Source: an uncultured Verrucomicrobiae bacterium (lineage in GTDB: Bacteria > Verrucomicrobiota > Verrucomicrobiia > Chthoniobacterales > JAFAMB01). From it: a stretch of DNA of 64,000 nucleotides. The stretch is taken from the NCBI GenBank assembly GCA_963762565.1, contig CAVXLD010000012.1, forward strand, positions 480,001-544,000, written 5' to 3'. Below, one piece after another: positions 8,267 through 18,594 of the stretch; positions within the stretch are counted from its first letter, which is position 1, and each line of letters starts with the position of its first letter. Under the pieces are notes generated by a model. That model did not search any database. It saw nothing but the letters and a program-made list of their open reading frames with translations, and had not been told where the DNA came from. The translations under genes and the position numbers were made by a program.

Positions 8267-10987
8267 ATGTCTAAACACCGACTAAGATTCCCTCACCTTG
8301 GCGTCTTTGCGTCTTTGCGTGAGATTTTGCTTCCGTCCGCTCTCCCGCTGATCTTTCTCAGCGGTTCCTTACAATCCGGCTATGCCGGTCCCGGTGCCAC
8401 CGTCCCTTTTGTCAGCTATTACTCCAGCGATATGACCACCAACGGAACGCGCTTAGGCCCTGGCTATCAGCCGTTCACCGTTGAAGCGGAATCCGCGCAA
8501 CGCAGCTGCATTCAGCTTTCCCAAACCGGACAGTATGTCGAATTTAAGGCTCGCGGGTCGGCCAATGCTTTGGTCGTACGCTACAGCATTCCAGACACGC
8601 CAAGCGGGGGAGGGTTCGATTCCACCATCAGCGTTTATCAAAACGGCGTATTTTTGGACAAACTTCCGGTTACCTCGAAATACTCCTGGCTCTACGGCTT
8701 CTATTCGTGGACCAACAATCCGGCCGACGGTAATCCTCGGAATTTTTATGACGAGGTACGGCTGCTGGGTGTCAATATCGCTCCAAACGACACGATAACT
8801 CTGCAGAAGGATTCCGATGACAAGTCGCCTTACTATATCGTCACCTTGGTCGATTTAGAGCAGGTCCCGCCTCCCGGGTCGATGCCGACGAAAGGGAGTT
8901 GGCTTAATGTCAAAGATCCTCCCTACAATGCCACCGGTAACGGGGTTAAGGATGATTCAGTCGCCATCGACAAATGCATTGCGGACGCCATTACTCAGCA
9001 TAAAAATGTCTGGATACCGGCAGGTAACTACCTGGTTACACACGACATCACCAGCACCATTCCAGGTGACCTCGGTTTACACGACGTCACCATTCAAGGT
9101 GCGGGTATGTGGTACACCAACTTGGTTGGAAGTCCTAAACTATATACCGATCAGACCCGCCGGGTGCGCGTGATCGGAGGCGGAAGCAATGTTCACTTGG
9201 CTGATTTTGCTATCCAAGGAAAACTCAATTACCGGAGCGACCCCGAAGAGAACGATGGCCTGTTCGGTTCCTACGGCAAGGGATCGACCATCGAACGGGT
9301 TTGGGTAGAACATACCAAGGTCGGGTGTTGGCCGAGTAATTCCAACGGATTGGTCATCCGCGATTGTCGTATGCGGGATCTGATCGCAGACGGATACAAC
9401 CTGAATGTCGGGATGCGGAATACACTGGTAGAGAATTGCACCGCCCGCGGCACCGGCGACGACAGCTTTGCCATATGGCCGACCACCCCTCAGATCACGC
9501 AGGCGATTCCGCCGGTGCAGGTTTATTCTCCCGGCTATAACACGATCGATCATTGTACGGCTAGACTCAATTTCGTAGCCAGTGGAGGCGCGATTTATGG
9601 CGCTCCCGGTAATAAGATTACCAACTGCCTGTTCGAGGACATCCCGGTTGGTTGCGGCATCCTGATCAGCGGGCTTTTTGGCGAAGGAACTAACTACTTC
9701 AGCGGGAAGACTACGGTTGCCGATTGCGATCTGATTCGCACCGGCGGCTATGATTCAAATACACCGGGATGGTGGGCCGGGCTCAGGCTCGCTATGAATT
9801 CCGCCGGAATTACCAACGCCGGACTGTCAGGACTAACCATTTCGAACATAAACATTGAAGATAGTCTTGCCTACGGAGTTGCCATCGAGGCCAGTCAACC
9901 GTTGGACGATGCGATCCTGCAGAATGTGAATATCGGGAATTTCGGGTTGGCGCAGCCTGGATTCCACGCCGTTTGGGCCAATCCGCAAGCGGTGGGAAGC
10001 ATGACCCTTGAGGGTTCAACGATCAGTGAGACACCCACAGACGAATCGAGCACGTTCGACTTCAACTTGGATAACGCCACGGTGAGCGGTTCAATACCGG
10101 TAATACCAACTAGTTTGACCGCCACTGAGATTCAGCTCCCAGGGAATGCACAGGTGACGTTGAGCTGGCTGCCATCGCAATTTGCGACTAGCTACACGGT
10201 CAAACGAGCGAGCTCCTCTCGAGGACCTTTCTTCCCGATCGGCACCACGACCAATACTAGCTTTCAAGATAACGTGCCAGGCGGGGTGACCGACTACTAT
10301 GTCGTTTCCGCGTCGAATGAAAACGGTAAGAGCGATAACTCGGTGCCGGTGACGCCGGTGTTGAGTACCGGCATCACATTAACAGCGGGAACATTTAAGG
10401 ATGATTCCGTTCTTAGCCTAGTTAGTTCGCCCGGCGGTGTCGTGAGCTCGGTAGGATTAGGCTCTAATACGCCCGCTGAGACGACGGCGAACGGCTACGC
10501 CTTCCAGGGCTACACCGATTCTCTAGGTGGCGGCGGTACTTACTCCGGCACCAACACGGATAAAACCATTGCGGTCTCAAACTATGTAGGTGACCGCAGC
10601 GGTCTCGTGGGTCAGGCAAACACCGGCGATGCCGCATTCAACGCCGTCTTGAACAACATAGCGAACGGAAATACTCAAAATATCACAGTCACACTAAGCA
10701 GCTTAACGGTTGGTACCACCTACAACATCTTATTCCTTGAGACCGATGCGGTTGATCAGGAACCTCGCGGTTTTAATGTGACCTCGGGGACGGCGCAAAG
10801 CCCTACCCTATGGTTCGCGTTCGACCCAAATCAATATTACGTGGGTTCTTACGTTCTTGGGACGTTTACTGCTACCGCCACAACCCAGACGTTCGAGGTT
10901 GGCATCAGTTATACCAATTCCACCTACGCCCTGATTCCGACCGTTACCTCGCAACTTAACGCGATCCTAGTCGGCACCGCGCAGTGA
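8267..10987 (+). CDS. Secreted GH87-like alpha-1,3-glucanase/mycodextranase with FN3 and unknown C-terminal domain
   Basis: Signal peptide; GATVPF..., ANALVVRYSIPD, FYDEVR, TIQGAGMWYT, VWVEHTKVG, ARGTGDDSFAIW beta-helix motifs; FN3 VTLSW...SYTVKR...YYVVSASNENG. Confidence 0.85.
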   Translation: MSKHRLRFPHLGVFASLREILLPSALPLIFLSGSLQSGYAGPGATVPFVSYYSSDMTTNGTRLGPGYQPFTVEAESAQRSCIQLSQTGQYVEFKARGSANALVVRYSIPDTPSGGGFDSTISVYQNGVFLDKLPVTSKYSWLYGFYSWTNNPADGNPRNFYDEVRLLGVNIAPNDTITLQKDSDDKSPYYIVTLVDLEQVPPPGSMPTKGSWLNVKDPPYNATGNGVKDDSVAIDKCIADAITQHKNVWIPAGNYLVTHDITSTIPGDLGLHDVTIQGAGMWYTNLVGSPKLYTDQTRRVRVIGGGSNVHLADFAIQGKLNYRSDPEENDGLFGSYGKGSTIERVWVEHTKVGCWPSNSNGLVIRDCRMRDLIADGYNLNVGMRNTLVENCTARGTGDDSFAIWPTTPQITQAIPPVQVYSPGYNTIDHCTARLNFVASGGAIYGAPGNKITNCLFEDIPVGCGILISGLFGEGTNYFSGKTTVADCDLIRTGGYDSNTPGWWAGLRLAMNSAGITNAGLSGLTISNINIEDSLAYGVAIEASQPLDDAILQNVNIGNFGLAQPGFHAVWANPQAVGSMTLEGSTISETPTDESSTFDFNLDNATVSGSIPVIPTSLTATEIQLPGNAQVTLSWLPSQFATSYTVKRASSSRGPFFPIGTTTNTSFQDNVPGGVTDYYVVSASNENGKSDNSVPVTPVLSTGITLTAGTFKDDSVLSLVSSPGGVVSSVGLGSNTPAETTANGYAFQGYTDSLGGGGTYSGTNTDKTIAVSNYVGDRSGLVGQANTGDAAFNAVLNNIANGNTQNITVTLSSLTVGTTYNILFLETDAVDQEPRGFNVTSGTAQSPTLWFAFDPNQYYVGSYVLGTFTATATTQTFEVGISYTNSTYALIPTVTSQLNAILVGTAQ

Positions 10988-11224
10988 AGTGATTGGTGGA
11001 GCGTTGCCTTGCTTGCAAGGCCGAAAGGGGTCGCCACCTCTGGTGGCGACTCCGACGGTCGGAACAAACCCAAATAGCCGCAAAAAGGCGCGCAAGAAAA
11101 TGTGGTAGATGGGAGGATGCCTCCGTGAATCCGCACGGAGGCATCCTCTCTGACTGCTTTCAGGGCCGGCCCGTTTTTGGATCGAATACCTAAGCCACCG
11201 CTACGCGGCTATCACTCATCTCGC

Positions 11225-11260
11225 TTGACCTAATCCAGAGTGTGTAGTATTACCTACACA
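11225..11260 (+). promoter_or_regulatory. Sigma70-type promoter overlapped by a palindromic operator
   Basis: TTGACC (11225-30), 17-nt spacer, TATTAC (11248-53); inverted repeat TGTGTAG-n6-CTACACA (11241-11260). Confidence 0.65.
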
Positions 11261-11640
11261 TTGTTGCACCAAACAAAGATAAACACCCGGCCTTTGCTGA
11301 TTTCTTACGCGAACGACGCACGAAACTGGCTGAGACCGATTCCCGCCGCTATTCGCTCCGCCAAGTCGCTGGACGTATCGGAGTTGAGCCTTCCTATCTT
11401 TCGAAGATTGAACGCGGCTTGGAACCGCCTCCGGGTGAAGCCACCGCTATCACACTTGCCCGCGAGCTGGAGCTCGACCCCGACCTCCTTCTTGCCATGG
11501 CCGGCAAAGTCTCGTCTGAACTTCAAACCATCATCCGTAAACGCCCAAAACTATTTGGCGACCTGATCCGCGCCCTGAAAGACCAACCCGACCATGCCGT
11601 TCTCCGGATCGTACGCGAGGTCCGCGATGGCAAATGGTAA
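11260..11640 (+). CDS. XRE-family HTH transcriptional regulator (no canonical start; ATT at 11260 proposed)
   Basis: The frame of ORF 11419-11640 extends upstream as FADFLRERR...YSLRQVAGRIGVEPSYLSKIERG, back to an in-frame TAG at 11245-47. Confidence 0.8.
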   Translation: MVAPNKDKHPAFADFLRERRTKLAETDSRRYSLRQVAGRIGVEPSYLSKIERGLEPPPGEATAITLARELELDPDLLLAMAGKVSSELQTIIRKRPKLFGDLIRALKDQPDHAVLRIVREVRDGKW

Positions 11641-12671
11641 GTGAAGCGCCTCCCAGCTCCTGCCTTATGATCGAACTCAACCACGACTCCCTACGTTTCT
11701 CCTTCCCGGACCTACATCCGGATGCCCATTGCTCCGTCTCATTCCAACGTACCCTTCGGATTCCCGACGACGATAAGACTTGGCCATTGCCGCCTGGACT
11801 CGGCCGGTTTCCTGTGGTGCATGTCGATGATTTTGCGGCAAATTTACCCCGGAAGTGGTACGAACACGGCGGGGTTGCCTTTCCCATGTATCAATCCGAG
11901 GCCATGTGGATTTCCTTCTCTAGCGATGGGTATCCGTTCGCCATCAAGATCGCTGCAGGCAAAATCGACGCGATAACCGGGGGAGGGTGGTCCGTGCAAT
12001 TGATAGCGAAACCTCAAAACTATCTGATCCTACCGACTCAACCGTGGTTGGACGGCTTCGCGGTCAAGAAAGGCGTGATTCGCCAGTTCGTGGCCATGCC
12101 GTTAGGAAGCGGCTATTCCGCTGAAGAACAACTCACCGGCAAAGCCGAGCACGGCGGATTACAAATCGAAGTTTACCCGATGCGCCCGGAGATCTACAAA
12201 GAAAGAGTCGAGCCAACGCTACGAGCGAGGGTGGGGAGGTTTGTCGCTGAGCCCTGTCCAGGGATCGCATTGTCTGCGCCGAGCATGGGCCTGGCGCCCG
12301 GAGGCAAAATGCGCCAAGAAATCTATGAGGATAGATACGGCATCGATGTCTGGGATCGCGAGCATACCAGCCGCTGCTTCGTCCATCTCTGTAACTCGAT
12401 GGTTTGGCAAAGCATCACCGGTAAACGACCACTGTATCCGCCACCCACAGCCAAAAGCTACAGCGCCGCCGGCTTACCCTGGTTCGACTATTACCGGGAC
12501 GACGTGGATTCGTTAACCGGCAGTCAAGAATTAGATTCCCTGAAAACGGTTTCCCAATTGTCCCAAACCAAAGGCGACAACGCGTTACCGGAAAACGAAT
12601 CAGTAAACCTGAATCCAGATCAAATCCGTCACTTAGGAAAACCAAGAAAACTAGTTCGCGAAATGAACTAG
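11634..12671 (+). CDS. Conserved hypothetical protein (FQRTLRIPDD family)
   Basis: FQRTLRIPDD..PLPPGLGRFP, PMYQSEAMW, QPWLDG, IRQFVAMPLG, GLPWFDYY. Overlaps the HTH stop; alternative start 11667. Confidence 0.8.
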   Translation: MVSEAPPSSCLMIELNHDSLRFSFPDLHPDAHCSVSFQRTLRIPDDDKTWPLPPGLGRFPVVHVDDFAANLPRKWYEHGGVAFPMYQSEAMWISFSSDGYPFAIKIAAGKIDAITGGGWSVQLIAKPQNYLILPTQPWLDGFAVKKGVIRQFVAMPLGSGYSAEEQLTGKAEHGGLQIEVYPMRPEIYKERVEPTLRARVGRFVAEPCPGIALSAPSMGLAPGGKMRQEIYEDRYGIDVWDREHTSRCFVHLCNSMVWQSITGKRPLYPPPTAKSYSAAGLPWFDYYRDDVDSLTGSQELDSLKTVSQLSQTKGDNALPENESVNLNPDQIRHLGKPRKLVREMN

Positions 12672-12774
12672 CGAAAATGGACCGCGAATGGACGCGAATC
12701 GACACGAACACAGAGAAAAGATCAACCGCAGCCCCGAAATTCTCCGGGGTGAAATTTACTCAGATACGGGGACC

Positions 12775-13015
12775 GTGGAGCGCTGCCTCGCTGGCGAGGC
12801 CGAACGGTCGGAACAAATCTTTAATAGCCGCAAAAACCTGTCGCGCCCTAGGCTTGGCGAAGGCGGAAGGCACAAAAAGCGCAAAAAAATAAATCAGAGC
12901 GGAGCCCAGTGGAGGTGCGACCTGTCCGCCATAGCTGTGGGTCGATGTAGGCAGCGCTTTTTACCTTTCACTTTTCACCTCTCACCCGTCTTCCCTCTGC
13001 GTCCTCTGCGCGAGG
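12775..13015 (+). repeat. About 240-bp composite repeat, copy 1 (copy 2 at 18792-19080)
   Basis: Colinear, near-identical sequence including otherwise unique spacers such as GACCTGTCCGCCATAGCTGTGGGTCGATGTAGGCAGCGC. Confidence 0.9.
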
Positions 13016-13038
13016 CTTTTAAGATTCCCCACCGATCG

Positions 13039-13917
13039 TCAGAATTGAAACCTGACCGCTCCTTGGTCGGATCCGTTAGAAATAATCGCTTCGAACTGCC
13101 TCAGATCCGCACTTGGATGTACCTCAACGAGCCGGAGATGGTCGATGTTAGGCTGGGAGGTAACGCGCTGCACATCGTTCGTCTCGATGTTTTTGACCGA
13201 GACCACTTCCTTTGCCCCGTCCTGGAGCCAACCAACAATAACATACTTACCGAATGGACCGGGTCTCGGTTGCACCCGCGGCGCGGGAGTAGCTTGCGGA
13301 ACTACCGGATCACCCGGCGTTGCCGGATCTGGGGCGCTATGATCATTTGCATTCTGCGAAACCGCTCTCTGTTGACCTGCTAAACTAATCGGAACGTAGC
13401 CGTTACTGACGTACCCGCCATCCCCTTTGGGATCTACTATATCTCTGGGATCAACTATCCCTTTGGGATCTATCGGTCCTCTGGGATCTATCGATCCTCT
13501 GGGATCTGTCGATTCGCCGGAATTCGTTGGCCGCGCATTACCGTTGTTGATCACGATGATCACAGGCCTTTGTGGGGCGACATTGTTCGTTGATCTCGGC
13601 TGAACGTACCCCGACGAATTATCCCAGTACTGATAGTCCGGCGCAGAATCCGGTTCTAGATATGAATAGTCCAACGAATCGTCGTAGGGATAGCCGTAAG
13701 GATACCAATAAAGAGGCCAAGCGTACTGTTGAAAACGGATCGCCCGATTGCGAAAAGCGAAACGGTGGCCGCCCCGGTTGAAACCTCGAGGAGCAAACCC
13801 AGCATGAAAGCTGCGACCACTGAACCCACCGCGGCTAAACCCGCCGCGGGCAGGCCCAGCTTCAGAAATCACGGATAATGTTAAGAAGAGCCCCAGAAAC
13901 AACAATGGGATTTTCAC
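13039..13917 (-). CDS. Secreted low-complexity protein (RGGF-rich, Tyr/Pro-rich, DPRG repeats)
   Basis: GTG start at 13917 gives signal peptide MKIPLLFLGLFLTLSVISEA; five 18-bp units at about 13420-13510. Confidence 0.7.
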   Translation of the reverse strand: MKIPLLFLGLFLTLSVISEAGPARGGFSRGGFSGRSFHAGFAPRGFNRGGHRFAFRNRAIRFQQYAWPLYWYPYGYPYDDSLDYSYLEPDSAPDYQYWDNSSGYVQPRSTNNVAPQRPVIIVINNGNARPTNSGESTDPRGSIDPRGPIDPKGIVDPRDIVDPKGDGGYVSNGYVPISLAGQQRAVSQNANDHSAPDPATPGDPVVPQATPAPRVQPRPGPFGKYVIVGWLQDGAKEVVSVKNIETNDVQRVTSQPNIDHLRLVEVHPSADLRQFEAIISNGSDQGAVRFQF

Positions 13918-14327
13918 ACGCTTAAACCCGCCTTTCTTCTGTTCAGCAAAAAACCTCCACAAACATCGTCTCGTGCCAGGGCTTGTCAATGATCCGCGGA
14001 GAGCCTCGCGCAGAGGGTGAAAGGTGAAATGGTGATTGGTGATTGGTGATTGGTGATTGAGGCAAACGGCATAAAGCGCAGAAAAGTCACAGACCCATCT
14101 GCGTAAATCCGCGTTGATTTCACCCCGGAGAACGTCCTTCGGCGCGACAGGCTCCGCCTCCGCCAAGCCTATGGCGCGACAGGTTTTGGCGGCTATTGGA
14201 AATTTGTTCCGACCGTCGGCCTCGTCCCGCCGCCGCGGGAAGGCAGCGCTCCACCAATCACCAATCACTAATCACTAATCACCAATCACCTCTCACCCTC
14301 CGCGCCCTTTGCGTCCTCTGCGCGAGG

Positions 14328-17300
14328 TTATCTCTTCCCGCCCTCCGTAAGCCGCTGCACGAACACATAACAGACCGGGACCAGAAAGATGCCGATCAAC
14401 GTTGCGCAGGTCATACCGAATACTACCGCTGTACCCATAACCCCGCGCGCGGCTGCGCCTGAGCCGCTCGAAAGCATCAACGGAACACAACCAACGATAA
14501 ACGCCAGCGACGTCATTAGAATCGGGCGTAGCCGGAGCTTGGACGCTTCCAAAGCAGCTTCTATCGTCGATTTACCTTGTTCCTGTTGTAGCTTAGCAAA
14601 CTCCACAATCAGGATCGCATTCTTAGCCGCTAGACCGATTAACATCACTAATCCGATCTGGACATAAACGTTATTATCATAGCCGCGGACCAGCACCCCA
14701 ATGAACGTCCCGAGTACCACTAACGGTGTACACAACAGCACCGCAAATGGTAACGCCCAGCTTTCATACTGTGCCGCTAGTAACAAAAACACGAAAACAA
14801 CCGCCAAACCGAAAATCAGACCGGCTTCACCCTCCGACTTCTTTTCCTGGTAGGTTAACCCCGACCATTCATACCCAAATTCACGAGGCAATCCTTTCGC
14901 TACTTCGTCAATAGCGTTGAGCGCTTGGGCGGAACTATAGCCCGGCGCCGGTACTCCGGTAATTTCTGCAGCCTGATAAAGGTTATAACGAGAAACAAAA
15001 TTCGGTCCGGAGATCTGTTGGATATCCACCAGGGTGCTAAGCGGAACCATTTTCCCGTCCCGATTGCGAACATAGAAATCGCCGATCTTACTCGGTGTAT
15101 TCGTGTATTGCGGTTCGGCTTGGAGCAGCACTTTGAACACCCGGCCGAAGCGCACGAAATCGTTTACGTACAATCCGCTAAGATAAGCCTGCATCGTCTG
15201 ATAGACGCTGTCGACGCTCACCCCGGTGGCTCGCGCTTTTTCCCGATCCAGTTCAACTTTAATCTGTGGTGTAACCGCATTCAGCGTGGTGGTGAGGCGG
15301 CCGATTTCCGGGCGTTTCGCTGCTTCCGCCATGAATCGTTTTACTTGGGCCGCAAGGTGGTCAAACGATCCACCCGAACGATCCTGCAATTGCAGGGTGA
15401 ACCCGGAAGAGTTCCCATAGCCGGGAAGGGGAGGCGGCCCAAAGGCAAATATTCGCGCCTCGGGAAGCCTGAAAAGTTGGGCGTTAAGTTTCTGCACCAA
15501 AGCCTCAGCCTGCAGCTCGGGTGCATCCCGTTTTTTCCAATCATCGAGTCCCACAAAGATCAAAGCTGCGTTCGGTGCAGTTAATCCGTTCAAGATATTG
15601 AACCCGCAGATCGCTAAGCTCGATCGCACCCCCTTAGTGCCGGAAACGATTTGCTCAACTTTTTTTAGTACGGCATCCGTACGCTGCAACGACGCGCCTT
15701 CCGGAAGCTGTAAGGCAACAAAAATATAACCCTTGTCCTCGTCCGGAATAAACCCGCCCGGCAGCTGTTTCGATAATAACCAGATCCCGCCCACGATCAC
15801 CACCAGCATCAGCATTGAGCGCGCTGCTTTGCGCACAAAAAAATTGACGATATTGCCGTAACCCTTGGTAACCCGGTCGAACGATCGGTTGAACCAACCG
15901 AAAAACCAACCGAGTGGTCCTCGGCTTGCCTGCGGTTTTCGTAACAGGATCGCGCTGAGCGCCGGGCTAAGGGTTAGGGCGTTAATGGCCGAAAAAATGA
16001 CGGAGACAGCGATGGTGATGGCAAACTGCTGATAAAGGCGCCCGGTTACCCCGCTCATGAATGCGACCGGCACAAACACGGCGCAGAGGATCAATGCAAT
16101 GGCGATGACTGGCCCGGATACTTCCTTCATCGCTTGCACGGTGGCGTCATATGGGCTGAGCCCATGTTCGATATGATGCTGCACCGCTTCCACCACCACG
16201 ATGGCGTCATCCACCACGATACCGATGGCTAACACCATACCGAAAAGAGTGAGGGTGTTAACACTGAACCCAAGCATGGGAAAAGCGATGAAAGTACCTA
16301 ACAGCGATACTGGTACGGCCAGCATCGGGATGATGGTTGCCCGCCAGCTTTGCAGAAAAATGAAAACCACCACCAGAACCAGCCCGATAGCCTCGATCAA
16401 GGTGAGCTGAATCTTGTGCAATGAAGCCACAATCGGCGCGGTCGAATCCAGCGTGATCTCATACTCCATGTCCGGCGGGAATCGCGCTTCGCTCTCCTTC
16501 AGAATCCGGGTCACCTGTTCAGCGGTCTTGAGTGCGTTTGCTCCGGGAGCCAGATAAATACCTAAAGCTGCGCCTGGTGATTTATTAAGCCGGGCGCGCA
16601 GATCGTAAGTCTGGGCTCCGAGCTCAACTCGAGCCACATCCTTAATCTTTACCTGGGAACCGTCCGGGTTAGATCGCACTACAATATCAGCAAACTCGTT
16701 CGCCTCCCGTAACAACCCAACCGTGCGCACATTATATTGAGCCTCTTGTCCGGGCGGAGCCGGCTCTGAACCAACCGTGCCGGCCGGCGCCTGCGCATTT
16801 TGTTCGCGGACGGCCGCGGCGATTTCTTCCGGCGTGATCCCGAGTGCCGCCATTTTATCCGGCTGCACCCAGATGCGCATGGAGTAATCCTGGGCGGTGA
16901 AATTCTTAACATCGCCGACGCCGGAAACCCGTTTAATGGCGTCAACCAGGTTAATATTGGCATAGTTACCCAGAAAGATTGCGTCGTAGGTTCCTTTCGG
17001 AGAGTAAAGCCCTATCGCAAACAATAGATCCGGGCTTACCCGGTTGACCGTAACTCCTTCCCGTTTCACCGCGTCCGGAAGTTGCGCCTGGGCCTGGGAG
17101 ACACGGTTTTGGGTGTTGACCTGCATGATATCAACGTCGGTCCCGACGTCGAAAGTGACGCTCAACGTCATCGTGCCGTCGTTGGCGCTGTATGACTGCA
17201 TGTAGAGCATCTTGTCTACACCGTTGACCTGTGACTCGATCGGGATCGCGACCGAATCCATCACGGCTTGAGCAGCCGCACCGCGATAGCTCGAAGCGAC

Positions 17301-17432
17301 TGTAATCAGGGTAGGGCTGATCGATGGATACTCGGCGATCGGCAATCGGGTTAGCGTGAACACCCCAACGATCACGATGATGATCGAGATCACCATGGCA
17401 ACGATGGGGCGGCGGATGAAGAATTGAGCCAT
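14328..17432 (-). CDS. HAE1-family RND efflux permease (AcrB-like)
   Basis: MAQFFIRRPIVAMVI start, GIVVDDAIVVVE, GLAAKNAILIVEFA, RLRPILMTS. Confidence 0.97.
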   Translation of the reverse strand: MAQFFIRRPIVAMVISIIIVIVGVFTLTRLPIAEYPSISPTLITVASSYRGAAAQAVMDSVAIPIESQVNGVDKMLYMQSYSANDGTMTLSVTFDVGTDVDIMQVNTQNRVSQAQAQLPDAVKREGVTVNRVSPDLLFAIGLYSPKGTYDAIFLGNYANINLVDAIKRVSGVGDVKNFTAQDYSMRIWVQPDKMAALGITPEEIAAAVREQNAQAPAGTVGSEPAPPGQEAQYNVRTVGLLREANEFADIVVRSNPDGSQVKIKDVARVELGAQTYDLRARLNKSPGAALGIYLAPGANALKTAEQVTRILKESEARFPPDMEYEITLDSTAPIVASLHKIQLTLIEAIGLVLVVVFIFLQSWRATIIPMLAVPVSLLGTFIAFPMLGFSVNTLTLFGMVLAIGIVVDDAIVVVEAVQHHIEHGLSPYDATVQAMKEVSGPVIAIALILCAVFVPVAFMSGVTGRLYQQFAITIAVSVIFSAINALTLSPALSAILLRKPQASRGPLGWFFGWFNRSFDRVTKGYGNIVNFFVRKAARSMLMLVVIVGGIWLLSKQLPGGFIPDEDKGYIFVALQLPEGASLQRTDAVLKKVEQIVSGTKGVRSSLAICGFNILNGLTAPNAALIFVGLDDWKKRDAPELQAEALVQKLNAQLFRLPEARIFAFGPPPLPGYGNSSGFTLQLQDRSGGSFDHLAAQVKRFMAEAAKRPEIGRLTTTLNAVTPQIKVELDREKARATGVSVDSVYQTMQAYLSGLYVNDFVRFGRVFKVLLQAEPQYTNTPSKIGDFYVRNRDGKMVPLSTLVDIQQISGPNFVSRYNLYQAAEITGVPAPGYSSAQALNAIDEVAKGLPREFGYEWSGLTYQEKKSEGEAGLIFGLAVVFVFLLLAAQYESWALPFAVLLCTPLVVLGTFIGVLVRGYDNNVYVQIGLVMLIGLAAKNAILIVEFAKLQQEQGKSTIEAALEASKLRLRPILMTSLAFIVGCVPLMLSSGSGAAARGVMGTAVVFGMTCATLIGIFLVPVCYVFVQRLTEGGKR

Positions 17433-17436
17433 CTGC

Positions 17437-18594
17437 TTACTCGGTGGCCGCCGCCGGACTAGCGTTGGCTTGCGCGGCTGTCGGTTGTACCAATCCGCCA
17501 TCGGTCAACATTTGCAGACCTTCCACCACTACGCGCTCACCTGATTTAAGGCCGGTATCAATCAACCAGTCACTGCCGATTCTCGGTCCAACGGTGACGC
17601 TGCGCATGGAAGCTTTGTTGGCATCATCGACCACCCAGACAAAGTTCTTCCCTTGCATTTCCACTACCGCTCGCTGGGCTACTAGCAAGGCGCCGGTTCG
17701 GTCTTCTACCTTTAGCCGCACCCGAGCATATTGGCCGGGACGCAAAACGTTCCCCGGATTCGGAAAGAGAGCGGTCAACCGGATGGTCCCGGTATTCGGG
17801 TCTATCGCTCGGTCCGCGGCTAGAAGACGCCCTTTGTACGGATGCACCTTGCCATCGGCCCGGATCAACTCGAAATCTTCGCTCCGTTGTTCTAGCGGTT
17901 TAGCTAACAAAGCAGACACATCTTCCGCCCAAAGCAGGTATTCTTTCTCACTGACCCCAAATCGAAGCTCGATCGGATCTACCGTCGAAACTTTCGTGAT
18001 CTCGGCTCCACCGCCGCCCGCCGCCACAAAATTACCAACCGTAAAATCCGTTCGGCCGACGATCCCTTTGATCGGCGCCTTAATAGTAGCGAATTCAAGA
18101 TTCAGCTGTGCCTGATCCACGGCCGCGTGCTTGGCATCCACGGTTGCTTTTGCCGCCAAGTTGGCTTGGACCGCGTTTCGATAATCTTGTTCGCTGGCGA
18201 TTTTCTTATTGTAAAGATCGGTCTGACGTCGCTCGTCCTGATCCGTTTTCTGTTGGTTAGCAATCGCCTGCGCTAGGTCGGATTGTGCTTGCGCCAGCCC
18301 AGCTTCGTATTCCCGTGGATCGATACGAAGGAGCAGATCCCCTTCATTTACAACGGTTCCTTCATTGAAAGCGATCTCCTGCACATAGCCTTGTACCCGG
18401 GCCCGAATATCGACATTGGCCGAACCATCGAGTCTGCCGATCCATTCCTCGAAAATCGGCACATTCCGTGGTTCGACCGTCGCAACAATCACCGCCGGCG
18501 GAGGCGGTGTCGCCGTCGCCGCTTTCTTCTCATTGCAACCGGTGAGCAACAACGCTCCAGCGGCCAGCCGAGCCGCATCTTTAGACCGAATCAT
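17437..18594 (-). CDS. RND periplasmic adaptor (MFP) lipoprotein
   Basis: Lipobox LLTGC, DIRARVQG, IKAPIKG, LRPGQYAR. Start chosen at ATG 18594. Confidence 0.93.
   Translation of the reverse strand: MIRSKDAARLAAGALLLTGCNEKKAATATPPPPAVIVATVEPRNVPIFEEWIGRLDGSANVDIRARVQGYVQEIAFNEGTVVNEGDLLLRIDPREYEAGLAQAQSDLAQAIANQQKTDQDERRQTDLYNKKIASEQDYRNAVQANLAAKATVDAKHAAVDQAQLNLEFATIKAPIKGIVGRTDFTVGNFVAAGGGGAEITKVSTVDPIELRFGVSEKEYLLWAEDVSALLAKPLEQRSEDFELIRADGKVHPYKGRLLAADRAIDPNTGTIRLTALFPNPGNVLRPGQYARVRLKVEDRTGALLVAQRAVVEMQGKNFVWVVDDANKASMRSVTVGPRIGSDWLIDTGLKSGERVVVEGLQMLTDGGLVQPTAAQANASPAAATE

Noticed and set aside
13918..14268. Long N-terminal extensions in the ORF track (also 3350-3505, 4126-4245, 18661-18756, 37433-37549, 43734-43967)
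   Set aside because: They run through repeat mosaics; downstream starts give normal family N-termini or signal peptides.
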